Shown one piece after another: positions 1 through 9,959 of a stretch of DNA of 64,000 nt; position 1 is the stretch's first letter; each line of letters opens with the position of its first letter. Source of the stretch: Candidatus Eiseniibacteriota bacterium (GTDB lineage: Bacteria > Eisenbacteria > RBG-16-71-46 > CAIMUX01). The notes under the pieces are model-generated. The model ran no database searches and was not told where the DNA came from. It saw only the letters and a program-made list of their open reading frames with translations. The stretch is from assembly GCA_020633975.1 (NCBI GenBank), contig JACKCR010000006.1:267873-331872 (forward strand), written 5' to 3'. Both the position numbers and the translations under genes were made by a program.

Positions 1-1541
1 TCGTGACGTTGGATCCGGTCGAGCAGTGTGCCGGTGGCGTCGTTGGCGCTTGGATCGCCGCCGATCGAGAACGGTGATGTCGCGTGCTGAGCCGTCGCGC
101 CTGGCCTGGTTCCCGTCGAGTGGGATGGCACGTTGTTGCGGTCTGCTTCCGACGGGACCGGAGACGTCGACCCGATGTTCAGCGTCGGGATGTCGGTGAC
201 TCCGAGTCGGCGAAGCAGCTCGGGAGTCAGGTTCGACGTCCAGAGCAGATGTCGCGTGAGGCCCTCGATCTCTGCGCCGTCGACGAACCGCTTGAGTAGT
301 GCGCCGATCGTGACCTTCTTGTCGCTCTGCGGCCAGCTGTGGACGAGCTTCCGCGTCAGGCTGCGAAGGGGAGAGGGCCAGGCTGCGAACTTCGAGGAGT
401 AGAGTGCCCCGAGGTAGGTGGGATACCCGCCGAAGATCTCGTCGGCTCCCTCGCCGACCAGCACGAGCTTGACGTCCTGGGCGGCCCGGCGTGCGAGCAT
501 GGCGGTCGGCACCCAGGCAGGATCGGCCAACGGCTCCCCGACGAGCGAGATGAGTTCGGCAATTCCCTCCGGGAAGGACTCCGCGGTCACCCAGACGGAC
601 TCGGGTTCGCAGCCGAGGTGACGGGCGACTCGCTCGGCGAACGCGCCTTCGTCGTAGCTGTCCTCTCCGAAGCGCAGAGTGTAAGAGCGCAGCGTCTGGT
701 CGGGGCGTTCGCGACGTGCGATCGCGGCGACGAGGGACGAGTCGATGCCGCCGCTGAGGAAGACGCCCGCGGGTACCTCCACTTCGCTCTGGCTCCGCAC
801 GGCATGGCGGAGGATCTGGTCGAACGCGTCGATCGAGGCCGGCTGCTTCTTGGCCTGAGAAACACTCCAACGCCAGTAGCGTCGCTTGTGCATCCGTCCG
901 TTCTCGAAGCAGAGGATCTCGGCGGGGCCGACCTTGCGGATGTCGGCGTACGGCGAGTAGGGAGCTACGAACGAACCGAAGCGGAGGAAGCTCTGGAGCG
1001 CGGCCCGGTCCGGTGTGAGTCCAACCGATGGGTGCGTGGTGAGCGCGGCGACCTCGGTGGCGAACCGAACGGTCGAACCGTCGTAGGAGTAGAAGAGCGG
1101 ACGTTCGCCGATCCGGTCCCGGGCGAGGAGGAGTCGGTTGTTCCGTGGATCCCAAACAGCGACCGCGAACACGCCTTCCAGCCGTTCGACGAACGACTCT
1201 CCGAGTTCGAGATAGAGCCCCGGGATGACGGCGACATCGGTGCTCTGGTTGACTTGGCGTCCGCGTTCGGCGAGCCATTCCCTCAGGCTCTCGGCGTTGT
1301 CGATCTCGCCATTACAGGCTGCGACCACACCTGACTCCGGATCTTCGAGCGGTTGGTGCCCCCCTCCGAGCCCGCGGATCGCGAGACGCGTTGCTCCGAG
1401 TGCGCCTGCGGAGACGGTGGCGAGTCCTTCATCATCCGGTCCACGATGCGCGAGTGCGAGGTTCATCCGGGCGACGTCTACCTGATCGCGGTCCACTTGA
1501 CCGACGCCATCGAGAGAGAGAACGCCGCAGAGTCCGCACAT
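1..1541 (-). CDS. asnB: Asparagine synthetase (glutamine-hydrolysing), N-terminal about 513 aa; C-terminus lies beyond window start
   Basis: Minus-strand frame open from ATG 1541..1539 to position 1 (absent from ORF track because there is no stop in window). Translation begins MCGLCGV (Ntn Cys2) and contains HRGPDDEG and FLSGGIDSS (PP-loop). Starts 5 nt after the stop of the upstream GT gene. Confidence 0.85.
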   Translation of the reverse strand, partial: MCGLCGVLSLDGVGQVDRDQVDVARMNLALAHRGPDDEGLATVSAGALGATRLAIRGLGGGHQPLEDPESGVVAACNGEIDNAESLREWLAERGRQVNQSTDVAVIPGLYLELGESFVERLEGVFAVAVWDPRNNRLLLARDRIGERPLFYSYDGSTVRFATEVAALTTHPSVGLTPDRAALQSFLRFGSFVAPYSPYADIRKVGPAEILCFENGRMHKRRYWRWSVSQAKKQPASIDAFDQILRHAVRSQSEVEVPAGVFLSGGIDSSLVAAIARRERPDQTLRSYTLRFGEDSYDEGAFAERVARHLGCEPESVWVTAESFPEGIAELISLVGEPLADPAWVPTAMLARRAAQDVKLVLVGEGADEIFGGYPTYLGALYSSKFAAWPSPLRSLTRKLVHSWPQSDKKVTIGALLKRFVDGAEIEGLTRHLLWTSNLTPELLRRLGVTDIPTLNIGSTSPVPSEADRNNVPSHSTGTRPGATAQHATSPFSIGGDPSANDATGTLLDRIQRH

Positions 1542-1546
1542 CTCGG

Positions 1547-3418
1547 TTAGTCCTGCGTGGCCGTAGTTGGAGCTGAGTCAGACGACGCTGGGAGCTCGAC
1601 GCCCCACCAACCTCGTCTGAGTTCGACCACGGTCGATCCGTAGACGGTCGCGAGCGAGTCGAGCCGCGCTTGTCCCTTTCGCTTCGAGATGAGATAGGCC
1701 GGGTGCGGCGAGGACTGGAGCCATGCGCCGACTTCCGACACGTGTACGACGCGGCCCGCTGCGAACGGCTCGTCGTTGCTCTCTGAGACGCGGTCCAGGT
1801 TCGAGATCCCTCCTTGCTCTCTGAGGGCGAACATCACGTAGTTGCTCGTCATCTCGCGGCCGTCACGGGAGAAGAGCGTGACCGGCTCACGCAGATAGAA
1901 CGGGAGTCCGGGAGGGAAGCACTCGAGACAAGCGACGCGTGTGTCGTCGCTGAGCTCCGGCATCTGCCGGACGAGCGAGAAGGTGGAGCCGACGGTCGCG
2001 GCTTCCTTCAGCCCAGGCCATCCGGCGATCACGGCGAGAACAGGGAGGAGCGTGAAGACGCCGAAGAGGATCGCTGGCCGACGAACGCGGAGTGCGAATG
2101 CGGTGACGAGCGTGGCCGTTAGAAAGACGACCGAGACTGGAAGGAAGATCGGCTGAAGCCTGTGGAACTCCGATCCGTGGATCCGGAACGCGCTCCGCAT
2201 CGCTTCGGGCGCGAGTGCGTTCGCGAGGAGGAAACTCCCTCCGATCAGTGTGAGAAAGCTGAGGACCAGGGTGCCGCGGCGCACGAGACGTGCAGCCGCA
2301 CCTGACGGGTTCTGGATCGCGGCCACGAACACCCGTGCCGCCAAGGGAGCGAGCGCGACGACGCCCGGGAGGATGTATCCCGGGAGCTTGGAGCGGGAGG
2401 TCGAGAAGAAGACTACGACGACGAGTGCCCAGATGGCGAAGAGGAGGTCGCTCTCCTTCAGACGACGCCGAAGCTGCCATGCGCGGAACACACCCTCCGG
2501 GAGGAGCGCACTCCACGGGAAGAAGACGCCGAGCAAGACGGGGCCGTAGTACCAGAAGGGCGCCGTCCGGTGGAATGCCGTGGTGGAGTAGCGCCGGAAC
2601 GTCTCCTCGATGAGTCCGTATTGCGGGAAGTCTGGGCGGGCCAGACTGAGTCCGATGAACCAGGGCAGCGTCACCGCGAAGAAGACGAGCACGCCGAGAG
2701 GGGAGAACGCCGAGGGACGTCGGGGTCGCCCGAGCAACTTCGGAGTCAGCCAGCCGTGGACTCCGAGGACGAGGCCGGGCAGCAGGAAACCGACCGGTCC
2801 CTTGATGATCGTCGCGATGCCTGCAGCCGCGGCCCCCAGGACGCTGAAGATACTGCGTGCGCGTCCGTGACTCCGCTCCGCCTCGAAGCCGAGGAGGATC
2901 GCCGTGGCGACGAAGAGTGAGAGCGGGAGGTCGAAGATCACGATCCGGGCAAAGGCGAGGAGGAGCGGAGTCGAAGCGAGGACGAAGACGGCGAGCGCTG
3001 CCACGAGCGCAGAGTAGTGACGCCGGCAGAACTGGTAGATGAGGCCACAGAGAAGCAGAGCGGCGAGTGCGGTGGGAACTCGGGCAGCCGCCTCCGACAC
3101 GCCGAACGCGGAATACGAAAGCGCGACGGCGTGGAAGTAGGCGATCGGCTTGTCGAGATAGGCGAGCCCGTTGAACGTCGGGACCCACCCCAACGGAACC
3201 CCGAGCAGCTCGCGGGCGACTTCGGCGTTCCGGCCTTCGTCCGGGTCGACCAAGGGCCAGGCACCGAGACCGCTCAGGAAGACGAAGGCGGCATAGAGGA
3301 AGGCGGCAATGCCGAGCGGAGCCGCCTTGTCATTCCCACGCTCGGTCTCGCGCAATCCCGTCTCCCCGTTCCCGATCCCCTGCTCGACGGCCGGGGGCTG
3401 GACCCTGCCAGTCGGCAC
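1547..3418 (-). CDS. GT-C family glycosyltransferase, ArnT/PMT-like (GT83/GT39-type), 623 aa
   Basis: ORF-track protein with more than 10 predicted TM helices; first loop has the ArnT-like motif LVDPDEGRNAEVARELL; C-terminal soluble domain. Same strand as and immediately upstream of asnB. Confidence 0.8.
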   Translation of the reverse strand: MPTGRVQPPAVEQGIGNGETGLRETERGNDKAAPLGIAAFLYAAFVFLSGLGAWPLVDPDEGRNAEVARELLGVPLGWVPTFNGLAYLDKPIAYFHAVALSYSAFGVSEAAARVPTALAALLLCGLIYQFCRRHYSALVAALAVFVLASTPLLLAFARIVIFDLPLSLFVATAILLGFEAERSHGRARSIFSVLGAAAAGIATIIKGPVGFLLPGLVLGVHGWLTPKLLGRPRRPSAFSPLGVLVFFAVTLPWFIGLSLARPDFPQYGLIEETFRRYSTTAFHRTAPFWYYGPVLLGVFFPWSALLPEGVFRAWQLRRRLKESDLLFAIWALVVVVFFSTSRSKLPGYILPGVVALAPLAARVFVAAIQNPSGAAARLVRRGTLVLSFLTLIGGSFLLANALAPEAMRSAFRIHGSEFHRLQPIFLPVSVVFLTATLVTAFALRVRRPAILFGVFTLLPVLAVIAGWPGLKEAATVGSTFSLVRQMPELSDDTRVACLECFPPGLPFYLREPVTLFSRDGREMTSNYVMFALREQGGISNLDRVSESNDEPFAAGRVVHVSEVGAWLQSSPHPAYLISKRKGQARLDSLATVYGSTVVELRRGWWGVELPASSDSAPTTATQD

Positions 3419-3502
3419 CGGCCGCTCACGTTAGCAGCGCGCGAGAGGAAAGTCAGCCGCCCAGCGCGGCCGGCTCGGCTGAGGTCCCGGCCGGTCGGAT
3501 TC

Positions 3503-4642
3503 CTACTTGCTGGATGTCGATGGGGCCGAACTCGGGGGACCTGATCCCGGCAGCCAGCCGAGCGCTTCCACCTTGGCTGCGATCGTGTCTGCGACCAGGC
3601 GGTGCCCACGTGGGTTCCAGTGGGAGTCGTAGGTGAAGCCGAGGGCAGAGTCGGGGTGGAGTCGCTCGTACTCCTCGAAGGCTGGGGCGAGATCCAGTTG
3701 GCTCCCGACGCCAGGCGGGGGGACGTTGGCCAGGAACGCCGTGTCGGAGAGGCCAGGTAGGACCACGAGCAGGAACCGAACGCCACGTGCCTCGCACTTG
3801 GACGCCATGGTGTCGATCAGGTCCGCCGTCAGCCGCTCCGATTCGCTCGGGCCGGACTCGCCGGAAGCCGCCGCCGGATCTTCTCCGTGAGACTCGGCCC
3901 GGAGTCCGGCCAGGCGGAAGGCGAGGACATCGTAGAGGACGAACCGTCGCTGGATCTCGCGACGGATCCGCATGGAGAGGGGAACGGACGGCTCGACCGC
4001 GGCCCGGAGTTTCAGCTCGCCATTGGCCTCTCGCGTGAAGTACGGCTTCTGGTAGATCCCCCACGCGGTCGGCTGGCCGTTGTCGAGGATGTCGTTCCGG
4101 TAGAGGCAGAGAAGGACGACGTCCGGTTCGCTCGGGAGGACCACGTCGTCCAGGAGCAGGAGCTCCTGATCGGTCGAGTAGCCGATGACGCCGAAGTTGC
4201 CAACGGCGGCGAACGGCCACTTCTCACGCAGAAGTGCGCTGAAAGTCTCGTTCTCTTCCACACCGTGGCCGAAGACGTAGGAGTCCCCCAGGACCGCGAC
4301 GGAGAAGACGGAGTCGGGCGGTGCGAACACCGGCCCGCGAAAGCCGCGTTCGTTGATCTCGACGTGGGTGTCGAAGTCTCTCCGGCGGAATCTCGTATCC
4401 GCGCCCGGCCGGTTGGCCCAACCGTAGCGGGCGTCGAACTGGACGAAGAGGTCCTCCGGCCGCTGTTGCCGCTCCGCCACGTACGCGAGGTCCGGGAACT
4501 TCTTCCGCGCGTACCATTCGCCTGCGAACACGACGGCGATCAGTACGAGCACCAGTAGGAGCAGCTGTCCCAGGATCAGCTTCAGAATCCGTGCCAAGCG
4601 AGCGATGTCTCCCCGTTCCTTCGTTTCCGCATCTGGTGCCAT
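3503..4642 (-). CDS. SGNH/GDSL-family hydrolase with N-terminal membrane anchor
   Basis: N-terminal TM (LILGQLLLLVLVLIAVVFAG), GDS block LGDSYVFGHG, C-terminal DSHWNPRGH (DxxH block V). Third gene of the minus-strand envelope operon. Confidence 0.7.
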   Translation of the reverse strand: MAPDAETKERGDIARLARILKLILGQLLLLVLVLIAVVFAGEWYARKKFPDLAYVAERQQRPEDLFVQFDARYGWANRPGADTRFRRRDFDTHVEINERGFRGPVFAPPDSVFSVAVLGDSYVFGHGVEENETFSALLREKWPFAAVGNFGVIGYSTDQELLLLDDVVLPSEPDVVLLCLYRNDILDNGQPTAWGIYQKPYFTREANGELKLRAAVEPSVPLSMRIRREIQRRFVLYDVLAFRLAGLRAESHGEDPAAASGESGPSESERLTADLIDTMASKCEARGVRFLLVVLPGLSDTAFLANVPPPGVGSQLDLAPAFEEYERLHPDSALGFTYDSHWNPRGHRLVADTIAAKVEALGWLPGSGPPSSAPSTSSK

Positions 4643-5214
4643 CGACGTTTCGTCGCGACCGGTCGGACGGCACCGTCGGGCGACTGGCCCGCGCCCGCTA
4701 CCGACACGTAGGGATCAGTGTAGCCGATGCGGCGGGTGGCTCTAACCTCTGGGCGGAAGCGACGCGGGCCGGTCCGCTCGTCGCGATCTGGCGGCGCGGG
4801 CCGGTCGCCATTCGCTTGTGAGCTGCAAGGCGTTGACACAGGTGGCGTTGGATCGGCCAACAGACAGACGACCAACACGCAGAAATCTGCAACAAAAGCC
4901 CGAAACCGGGGGGATCCCCCAATTGCCAACTCCTTTGGTTGTGCTACCTTCTTCATCTGAGAGTTCGACGGTTCGGCGTCCTGCAGCCGAGGCAACAGGG
5001 GCAGCGCGGTAGCCCATCCGCATCCCAGATCTTCCGCGCAACGGTTCGAACTCATTCCGACAGACAGAGGTCCGGCACCTTAGCTACCCCCTCGCCCGGA
5101 CCTGAACCCCGAGAGTCCTCGCGTTCGGCCAGGTCGAACTGGCGCGTCGCGTATGTACGGTGGCCGCATGCGCTCCCATGGGGCAGGCACGTCATCCGAG
5201 GAGGTTCCCTTTCC

Positions 5215-8200
5215 ATGAGACATACTTTGGTAGTCGCTTCTGTAGTAGGTGCTATCTGCTGGGGCTCGACTTCCCTCGCAGCCACCTACACCGTGGATCC
5301 CATGGGCACCTATCCGACGATCCAGTCGGCTGTGGATGCCGCCAGCACCGGGGACGACGTAGTCGTTCCGGCGGGCACGTTTGTCGAACAGGTCGTCGTG
5401 GACGGTAAGAACTTGACGATCACGGGAGCTGGAGTCGGTGTGTCGACTCTCCAGTCCCCGGTGTCACTCACCGAGTCCTTCGAGACGCCGGGACCGAACC
5501 CGAACTATCCGATTCTCTACGTCCACGACACGGATGATGTCGTCATCCAGGGTTTCACGATCGACGGAGCCGGAAACGGGAACGGAAACTACCGTTTCGT
5601 TGGTGTTGGTTTCTACCGGGCGGGCGGCGCCGTTCTCGACTGTTACATCACGGGAATCCAAGAGACCCCGTTCACGGGAAACCAGCATGGAAATGGCATA
5701 TATACATGGAATCCAAGTGGCAACACGCTCTCGATCGAAGTCGGTAATGTCGAAGTCGATACGTTCCAGAAGAACGGAATCACGATCAACGGGCCCGACA
5801 TCAACGCGAACGTCCATGACTGCACGGCCAACGGCGTAGGTCCGACCTCGATCACGGCCCAGAACGGCATCCAGATCGGGGAAGGTGTCACGGCTACGGT
5901 CAACGACTGCGCCATCAACGGGATCACCTACACCGGAGGCACCTGGACTGCGACCGGATTCCTCGCGTTTGGTCCGACCGACGCTACGGGCATCGCGCTC
6001 GACGCCTGCCAGACGAGCGTCTACTACATCGATGCGGGCGGGACGTTCGAGAACTCCACGATCACGAATCCGGTTGGTGATGGGTTCTACGCGTACTCGT
6101 CTTCGTCTGCGCTCCTTGCCTCTTCGAACACAAGGCCTCAGGCACAGCCGATGGACGACCAGTCCAGCGACCCCACGCCGGAAACCGCGGTCATGGACGT
6201 CACCGTTCGGGGATGCACCGCGACCGGGACCGGGCTAACCGATAGCTGGGGAATCAGCGCCTATGGCGACGGTGGAACCATCACGTTCAATGTCGAGAAC
6301 TGCTTCATCAACAACTGGGACTACGGAGTCGTCACCTACGACTTCAGCACCACGTCGATCGATGCGCACATCTTCGAGAACGACCTCTCGGGGAACACGT
6401 TCTCGGTTGGTACGAACCTGGCCACGATCCAGGACGCGTCGGGGAACTGGCACGGCTCTGCGGACGCGGGGACCGTAGGTGCCGGGGTCGATCTGAACGT
6501 CGACTACAGCCCGTGGCTCGAGAGTGGAATCGACCAGGATCTGGGGACTGCTGGCTTCCAGGGTGATTTCTCGGTGCTGAGTGTCGATGACGACAGCCCC
6601 GAGTCCGATCCGGCCGGCCGGATTTCCCAGGCCGTCGCGCTCGTCAGCGGCAGCACGGTCAACATCGCGCCCGGGACCTACGAAGAACAGGTCCACATCA
6701 CCACCCCCGACCTGGTGCTTCAAGGCTCGGGTGTGGATGTGAGCGTGATCCAGTCCCCCGTGGCCCTGACGGACTTCTTTAGTTCGGGGGGCGCGGACTT
6801 CAGGCCGATCGTCTTCGTCGACGGTGTCCCTGGTGTTTCGATCTCGGATCTCACAGTCGACGGCCTCGGGCGCGGAAACGCGAACAACCGGTTCTCCGGA
6901 GTCGGCTTCTGGAACTGCGGTGGAGCGCTCGAGGACTGCAGGTTCACGAACGTCCAGGATACTCCGTTCTCGGGCGTCCAGCATGGATACGGTGTCGTGG
7001 CCCGCAACGGCGACGGGGGGCCGCACACGCTTTCCATCACGAACTGCACCGCGGACGGGTTCCAGAAGAATGGTTTCGACCTCCGGGGCGCGGGTCTCGA
7101 CTTCTCGCTCGTCGGCTGCAGCGCCACGGGTGCCGGTCCTACGGCAACGATTGCGCAGAACGGCTATGTCGTCGGCTTCGGGGGCGCGGGCAGCGTCATG
7201 AACTGCGATGCCGCTGCGATCGAGTACACCCCGAGCGGAACCGTCTCGACCGGAGTCCTGCCGTTCGACGCGGGCGGCGACGTCGACATCAACGGCTGGA
7301 CGACGACCGACGTTCAGGCCTCGGTCTATTACTACAATGCTGGCGGTTCGGTGTCGAACTTCGCCATCTCCGGGGGCAGCTACGACGGGATCAACTTCTG
7401 GAACGAGACCACGTCGGCGCCGTTCACTGATCGCGCACGTGCTTCCGTGGATACAGAGGGATACGTCGGTGGAAGCCCGCTAGCGGGACCGCTCGTAGCG
7501 TCGGTCTCGGGCGGATGCCTAACCGGTACGGGAGCGGCCGGATTCTACGGGATCTGGGCCAACTCCACCGGCGGTCAGTCGCTGAACGTCAGTGTCGCCA
7601 ACACGAGCGTGACGAACTTCGACTACGGACTCGTCGCCGAAGGAACGGCCACACTCACAGCGAACGACTGCTCGATCACTGGTAACCTCACCGCGGGCTA
7701 CCTCAACGTGAATGGAGTCGCCCAGGACGCGACCGACAACTGGTGGGGAGACGTCTCCGGACCGAGTGGTGACGGGGCGGGCTCCGGTGACGCGGTCTCG
7801 GGAGGGGGAGTCGACTTCACCCCGTTCCTCGCGACCGGCATCTCCTCGACGTCCTGCACCTTCACTCCGAGCGGCGGCACGAACGAGGTGACGCCGGTCA
7901 ACACATCCGGGGACTGCATCAACGCGTCGTCCCCGTGCCTGACTGTGGACGTGAACATCAACCGGGTCGAGTCGTCGAACATGCGCGGATTCAGCGTCGA
8001 CATCCAACTCATGGATCTCGACCTGTGTTCTACACCCGGTGCCTCGATCCTCCAGGGCACCTACCTCAGCAGTGGTACGACCGGCAGCACGATCTACCAG
8101 GTGCTCGACAATGGCGGCGGTTCCTACACCGTCGACTGCGCGATCCTGGGCACGCCGTGCGGCCAGACCGCGGCCACCGGCACGCTCTTCACGGTTGACG

Positions 8201-9705
8201 TGACGACCTCGGGGACGGATGGAACGGGCACGATCCAGGTGACGGATGTCACCTTCCGTGACTGCTCCAACGTTCCGATCGCGGGAAGCCCGGGCGCTGC
8301 GCTCTCGATCGACATCGATACGAGCGGCCCGGCCCCGGTGGCCGACCTTCTGTCGGCGCAGGTGAAGACAGGAAACGACGGTGACGGCACCACGAAGGTG
8401 GATGTCAGCTTCACGCCGCCGATGGATGCCGTGAACTCGGTCGTGTACCGTGCGCCGTACGTCGATGGCGGCAACATGAATGCGTACCCCGAGTACGACG
8501 ATGCGCCTGGCGGTGCCCCGCCAGCGGCGCCGGGAGTCTACCCTCCGGCGGCGCCGTGGGTAGCGACCATGCTACCGATGGGCGGAGGCATGGATGAGGC
8601 CACCACGCGTGGCTACTGGTACTACGTGGTCTATACGCAGGATGCCTGCGGGAACTGGTCCGCTGCGTCACCGATGACGGATGGAGTCCTCAACTACCAC
8701 CTCGGAGACGTGACGAACCTTGGCGATGGTGACAACCTCGTCGGCACGGACGACGTCAGTCTTCTCGGGTTCCACTACGGCGCATCGGTGCCGACCGGAG
8801 ACCCCTTCAACTACCTCGACGTCGGACCGACCAGCGATTTCAGCGTCGACGGCCTGCCGGCGACGGACGACCTGCTCCAGTTCGAGGACCTGATCATGTT
8901 CGCCATCAACTTCGGGGTGGTGAGCCTGACGGAGCCGCAGGAGAACTCGATTGCGCTCGCGCCGAAGGGTGGTGCGGTGCCGTCACTCGTTCTCCACCCG
9001 GCCGCGGTCCGCGCGGATGGAATCCTCCAGGCGAACCTGGTCTTGTCGCAGTCGGACGTGGTCCAGGGCGTCCATGCCCGGATCGACTACGACCCGGCGG
9101 AGATGGAGCTCGTCTCCGTACAGCCTGGCGACCTCGTCACGGGCCAGGGCGCGTTCTTCGGAACGATCGAGTCGGACGGCAGCGTCGCGATCGACGGAGC
9201 CGCGCTCGGTACCGGGAACACGTTCCACGGCTCCGGGCTCTACGCGACCGTCACCTTCCGTCAGACGAACCGTGGCGCGACTCCGGCTCTTGCCGAGGTG
9301 ATGCTGCGTGACACCGCGAACCGCAACCTGCTCGCGCCCGAGGTGGATACGCGTACGGGTTCCGATGCCGCGCACAACGGCGCTGCGAACGAGCAGCCGT
9401 CGCTCGATGCTCGGACGGAGCCGCTGGCGACGACGTTGCTCGGAGCGACTCCGAACCCGTTCCGGGGCTCGACGGCGATCCGCTTCCAGCTTGCGGAGCA
9501 GACCGACGTACGGGTCGATGTCTACAGCATCAGCGGTCGTCTCGTGCGTTCGCTCTACTCCGGCAGCATGGCGGCCGGATCGCAAGAAGTGACGTGGGAC
9601 GGTCGGACGTCGGTCGGCGCGCGCGCGGAGTCCGGTGTCTATCTCTATCGTCTCCAGACCGGGTCCAAGATCTGGACCGCGAAACTGGTTCTGGACCGTC
9701 GTTAG
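5215..9705 (+). CDS. Secreted multidomain protein: 2x right-handed parallel beta-helix (NosD/pectate-lyase-like) + cohesin-like + Fn3-like + dockerin-like + cohesin-like + Por/T9SS-type C-terminal domain
   Basis: ORF 4939..9705; likely start is ATG 5215 (GAGGAGG at 5198-5204), giving signal peptide MRHTLVVASVVGAICWGSTSLAATYTV. Two copies of an IQSAVD/ISQAVALV...GTFVEQV parallel beta-helix repeat region. Cohesin-like motifs (IDYDPAEMELVSVQPGDL). Ca-loop-like GDVTNLGDGDNLVGTDDVSLLGFHYG and LDVGPTSDFSVDGLPATDDLLQF. C-terminus NPFRGSTAIRFQL...VDVYSISGRLVRSL...SGVYLYRLQTG...KLVLDRR matches the Por_Secre_tail/FlgD-Ig pattern. Confidence 0.75.
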   Translation: MRHTLVVASVVGAICWGSTSLAATYTVDPMGTYPTIQSAVDAASTGDDVVVPAGTFVEQVVVDGKNLTITGAGVGVSTLQSPVSLTESFETPGPNPNYPILYVHDTDDVVIQGFTIDGAGNGNGNYRFVGVGFYRAGGAVLDCYITGIQETPFTGNQHGNGIYTWNPSGNTLSIEVGNVEVDTFQKNGITINGPDINANVHDCTANGVGPTSITAQNGIQIGEGVTATVNDCAINGITYTGGTWTATGFLAFGPTDATGIALDACQTSVYYIDAGGTFENSTITNPVGDGFYAYSSSSALLASSNTRPQAQPMDDQSSDPTPETAVMDVTVRGCTATGTGLTDSWGISAYGDGGTITFNVENCFINNWDYGVVTYDFSTTSIDAHIFENDLSGNTFSVGTNLATIQDASGNWHGSADAGTVGAGVDLNVDYSPWLESGIDQDLGTAGFQGDFSVLSVDDDSPESDPAGRISQAVALVSGSTVNIAPGTYEEQVHITTPDLVLQGSGVDVSVIQSPVALTDFFSSGGADFRPIVFVDGVPGVSISDLTVDGLGRGNANNRFSGVGFWNCGGALEDCRFTNVQDTPFSGVQHGYGVVARNGDGGPHTLSITNCTADGFQKNGFDLRGAGLDFSLVGCSATGAGPTATIAQNGYVVGFGGAGSVMNCDAAAIEYTPSGTVSTGVLPFDAGGDVDINGWTTTDVQASVYYYNAGGSVSNFAISGGSYDGINFWNETTSAPFTDRARASVDTEGYVGGSPLAGPLVASVSGGCLTGTGAAGFYGIWANSTGGQSLNVSVANTSVTNFDYGLVAEGTATLTANDCSITGNLTAGYLNVNGVAQDATDNWWGDVSGPSGDGAGSGDAVSGGGVDFTPFLATGISSTSCTFTPSGGTNEVTPVNTSGDCINASSPCLTVDVNINRVESSNMRGFSVDIQLMDLDLCSTPGASILQGTYLSSGTTGSTIYQVLDNGGGSYTVDCAILGTPCGQTAATGTLFTVDVTTSGTDGTGTIQVTDVTFRDCSNVPIAGSPGAALSIDIDTSGPAPVADLLSAQVKTGNDGDGTTKVDVSFTPPMDAVNSVVYRAPYVDGGNMNAYPEYDDAPGGAPPAAPGVYPPAAPWVATMLPMGGGMDEATTRGYWYYVVYTQDACGNWSAASPMTDGVLNYHLGDVTNLGDGDNLVGTDDVSLLGFHYGASVPTGDPFNYLDVGPTSDFSVDGLPATDDLLQFEDLIMFAINFGVVSLTEPQENSIALAPKGGAVPSLVLHPAAVRADGILQANLVLSQSDVVQGVHARIDYDPAEMELVSVQPGDLVTGQGAFFGTIESDGSVAIDGAALGTGNTFHGSGLYATVTFRQTNRGATPALAEVMLRDTANRNLLAPEVDTRTGSDAAHNGAANEQPSLDARTEPLATTLLGATPNPFRGSTAIRFQLAEQTDVRVDVYSISGRLVRSLYSGSMAAGSQEVTWDGRTSVGARAESGVYLYRLQTGSKIWTAKLVLDRR

Positions 9706-9911
9706 CAAGGTCGTTTGGAGGCGGTGAGGTGATCTCCTTTGAGCTCGCCGGTTCTGGAGCTCATCCTCGCCGTCTCCTGACGAGGGACGCGCGTGCCGAA
9801 TCTGCCTGGGTTCGGGGCGCGCGCTTCCCGGTCTCGTGAGGAAGTGTCCGTCCTCCTATGCGCACGAAGAGCCAAACTGGTCGGATCCCAGCCGCACGGG
9901 ACCTGCGTCGA

Positions 9912-9939
9912 CTTCCGACCGGCGAATGCCGGTCGGAAG
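9912..9939 (+). promoter_or_regulatory. Perfect 12-bp GC-rich stem-loop (CTTCCGACCGGC-GAAT-GCCGGTCGGAAG) in the leader 20 nt upstream of the ATG of the second secreted-protein gene
   Basis: Inverted repeat seen directly in sequence; no downstream U-tract, so it is not a canonical intrinsic terminator. Confidence 0.5.
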
Positions 9940-9959
9940 CTCGGCACCAAGGAGAAACG

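Noticed and set aside
118-132. TGGCACGTTGTTGCG sigma-54-like string
   Set aside because: Off-by-one spacing and it lies antisense inside the asnB coding region.
339-1334. 331-aa + strand ORF, plus similar long ORFs such as 1887..3188(-), 9702..11231(-), 13968..15116(+), 21028..22464(-), 34610..35878(-), 37332..38879(+), 49706..50818(-), 61842..63188(+)
   Set aside because: Arg/Pro/Gly-rich low-complexity translations lying antisense or out of frame to well-supported genes; typical high-GC open-frame artefacts.
4939-5214. 92-aa N-terminal extension of the beta-helix protein ORF
   Set aside because: No signal-peptide character; internal ATG 5215 has a strong GAGGAGG RBS and yields a canonical signal peptide.
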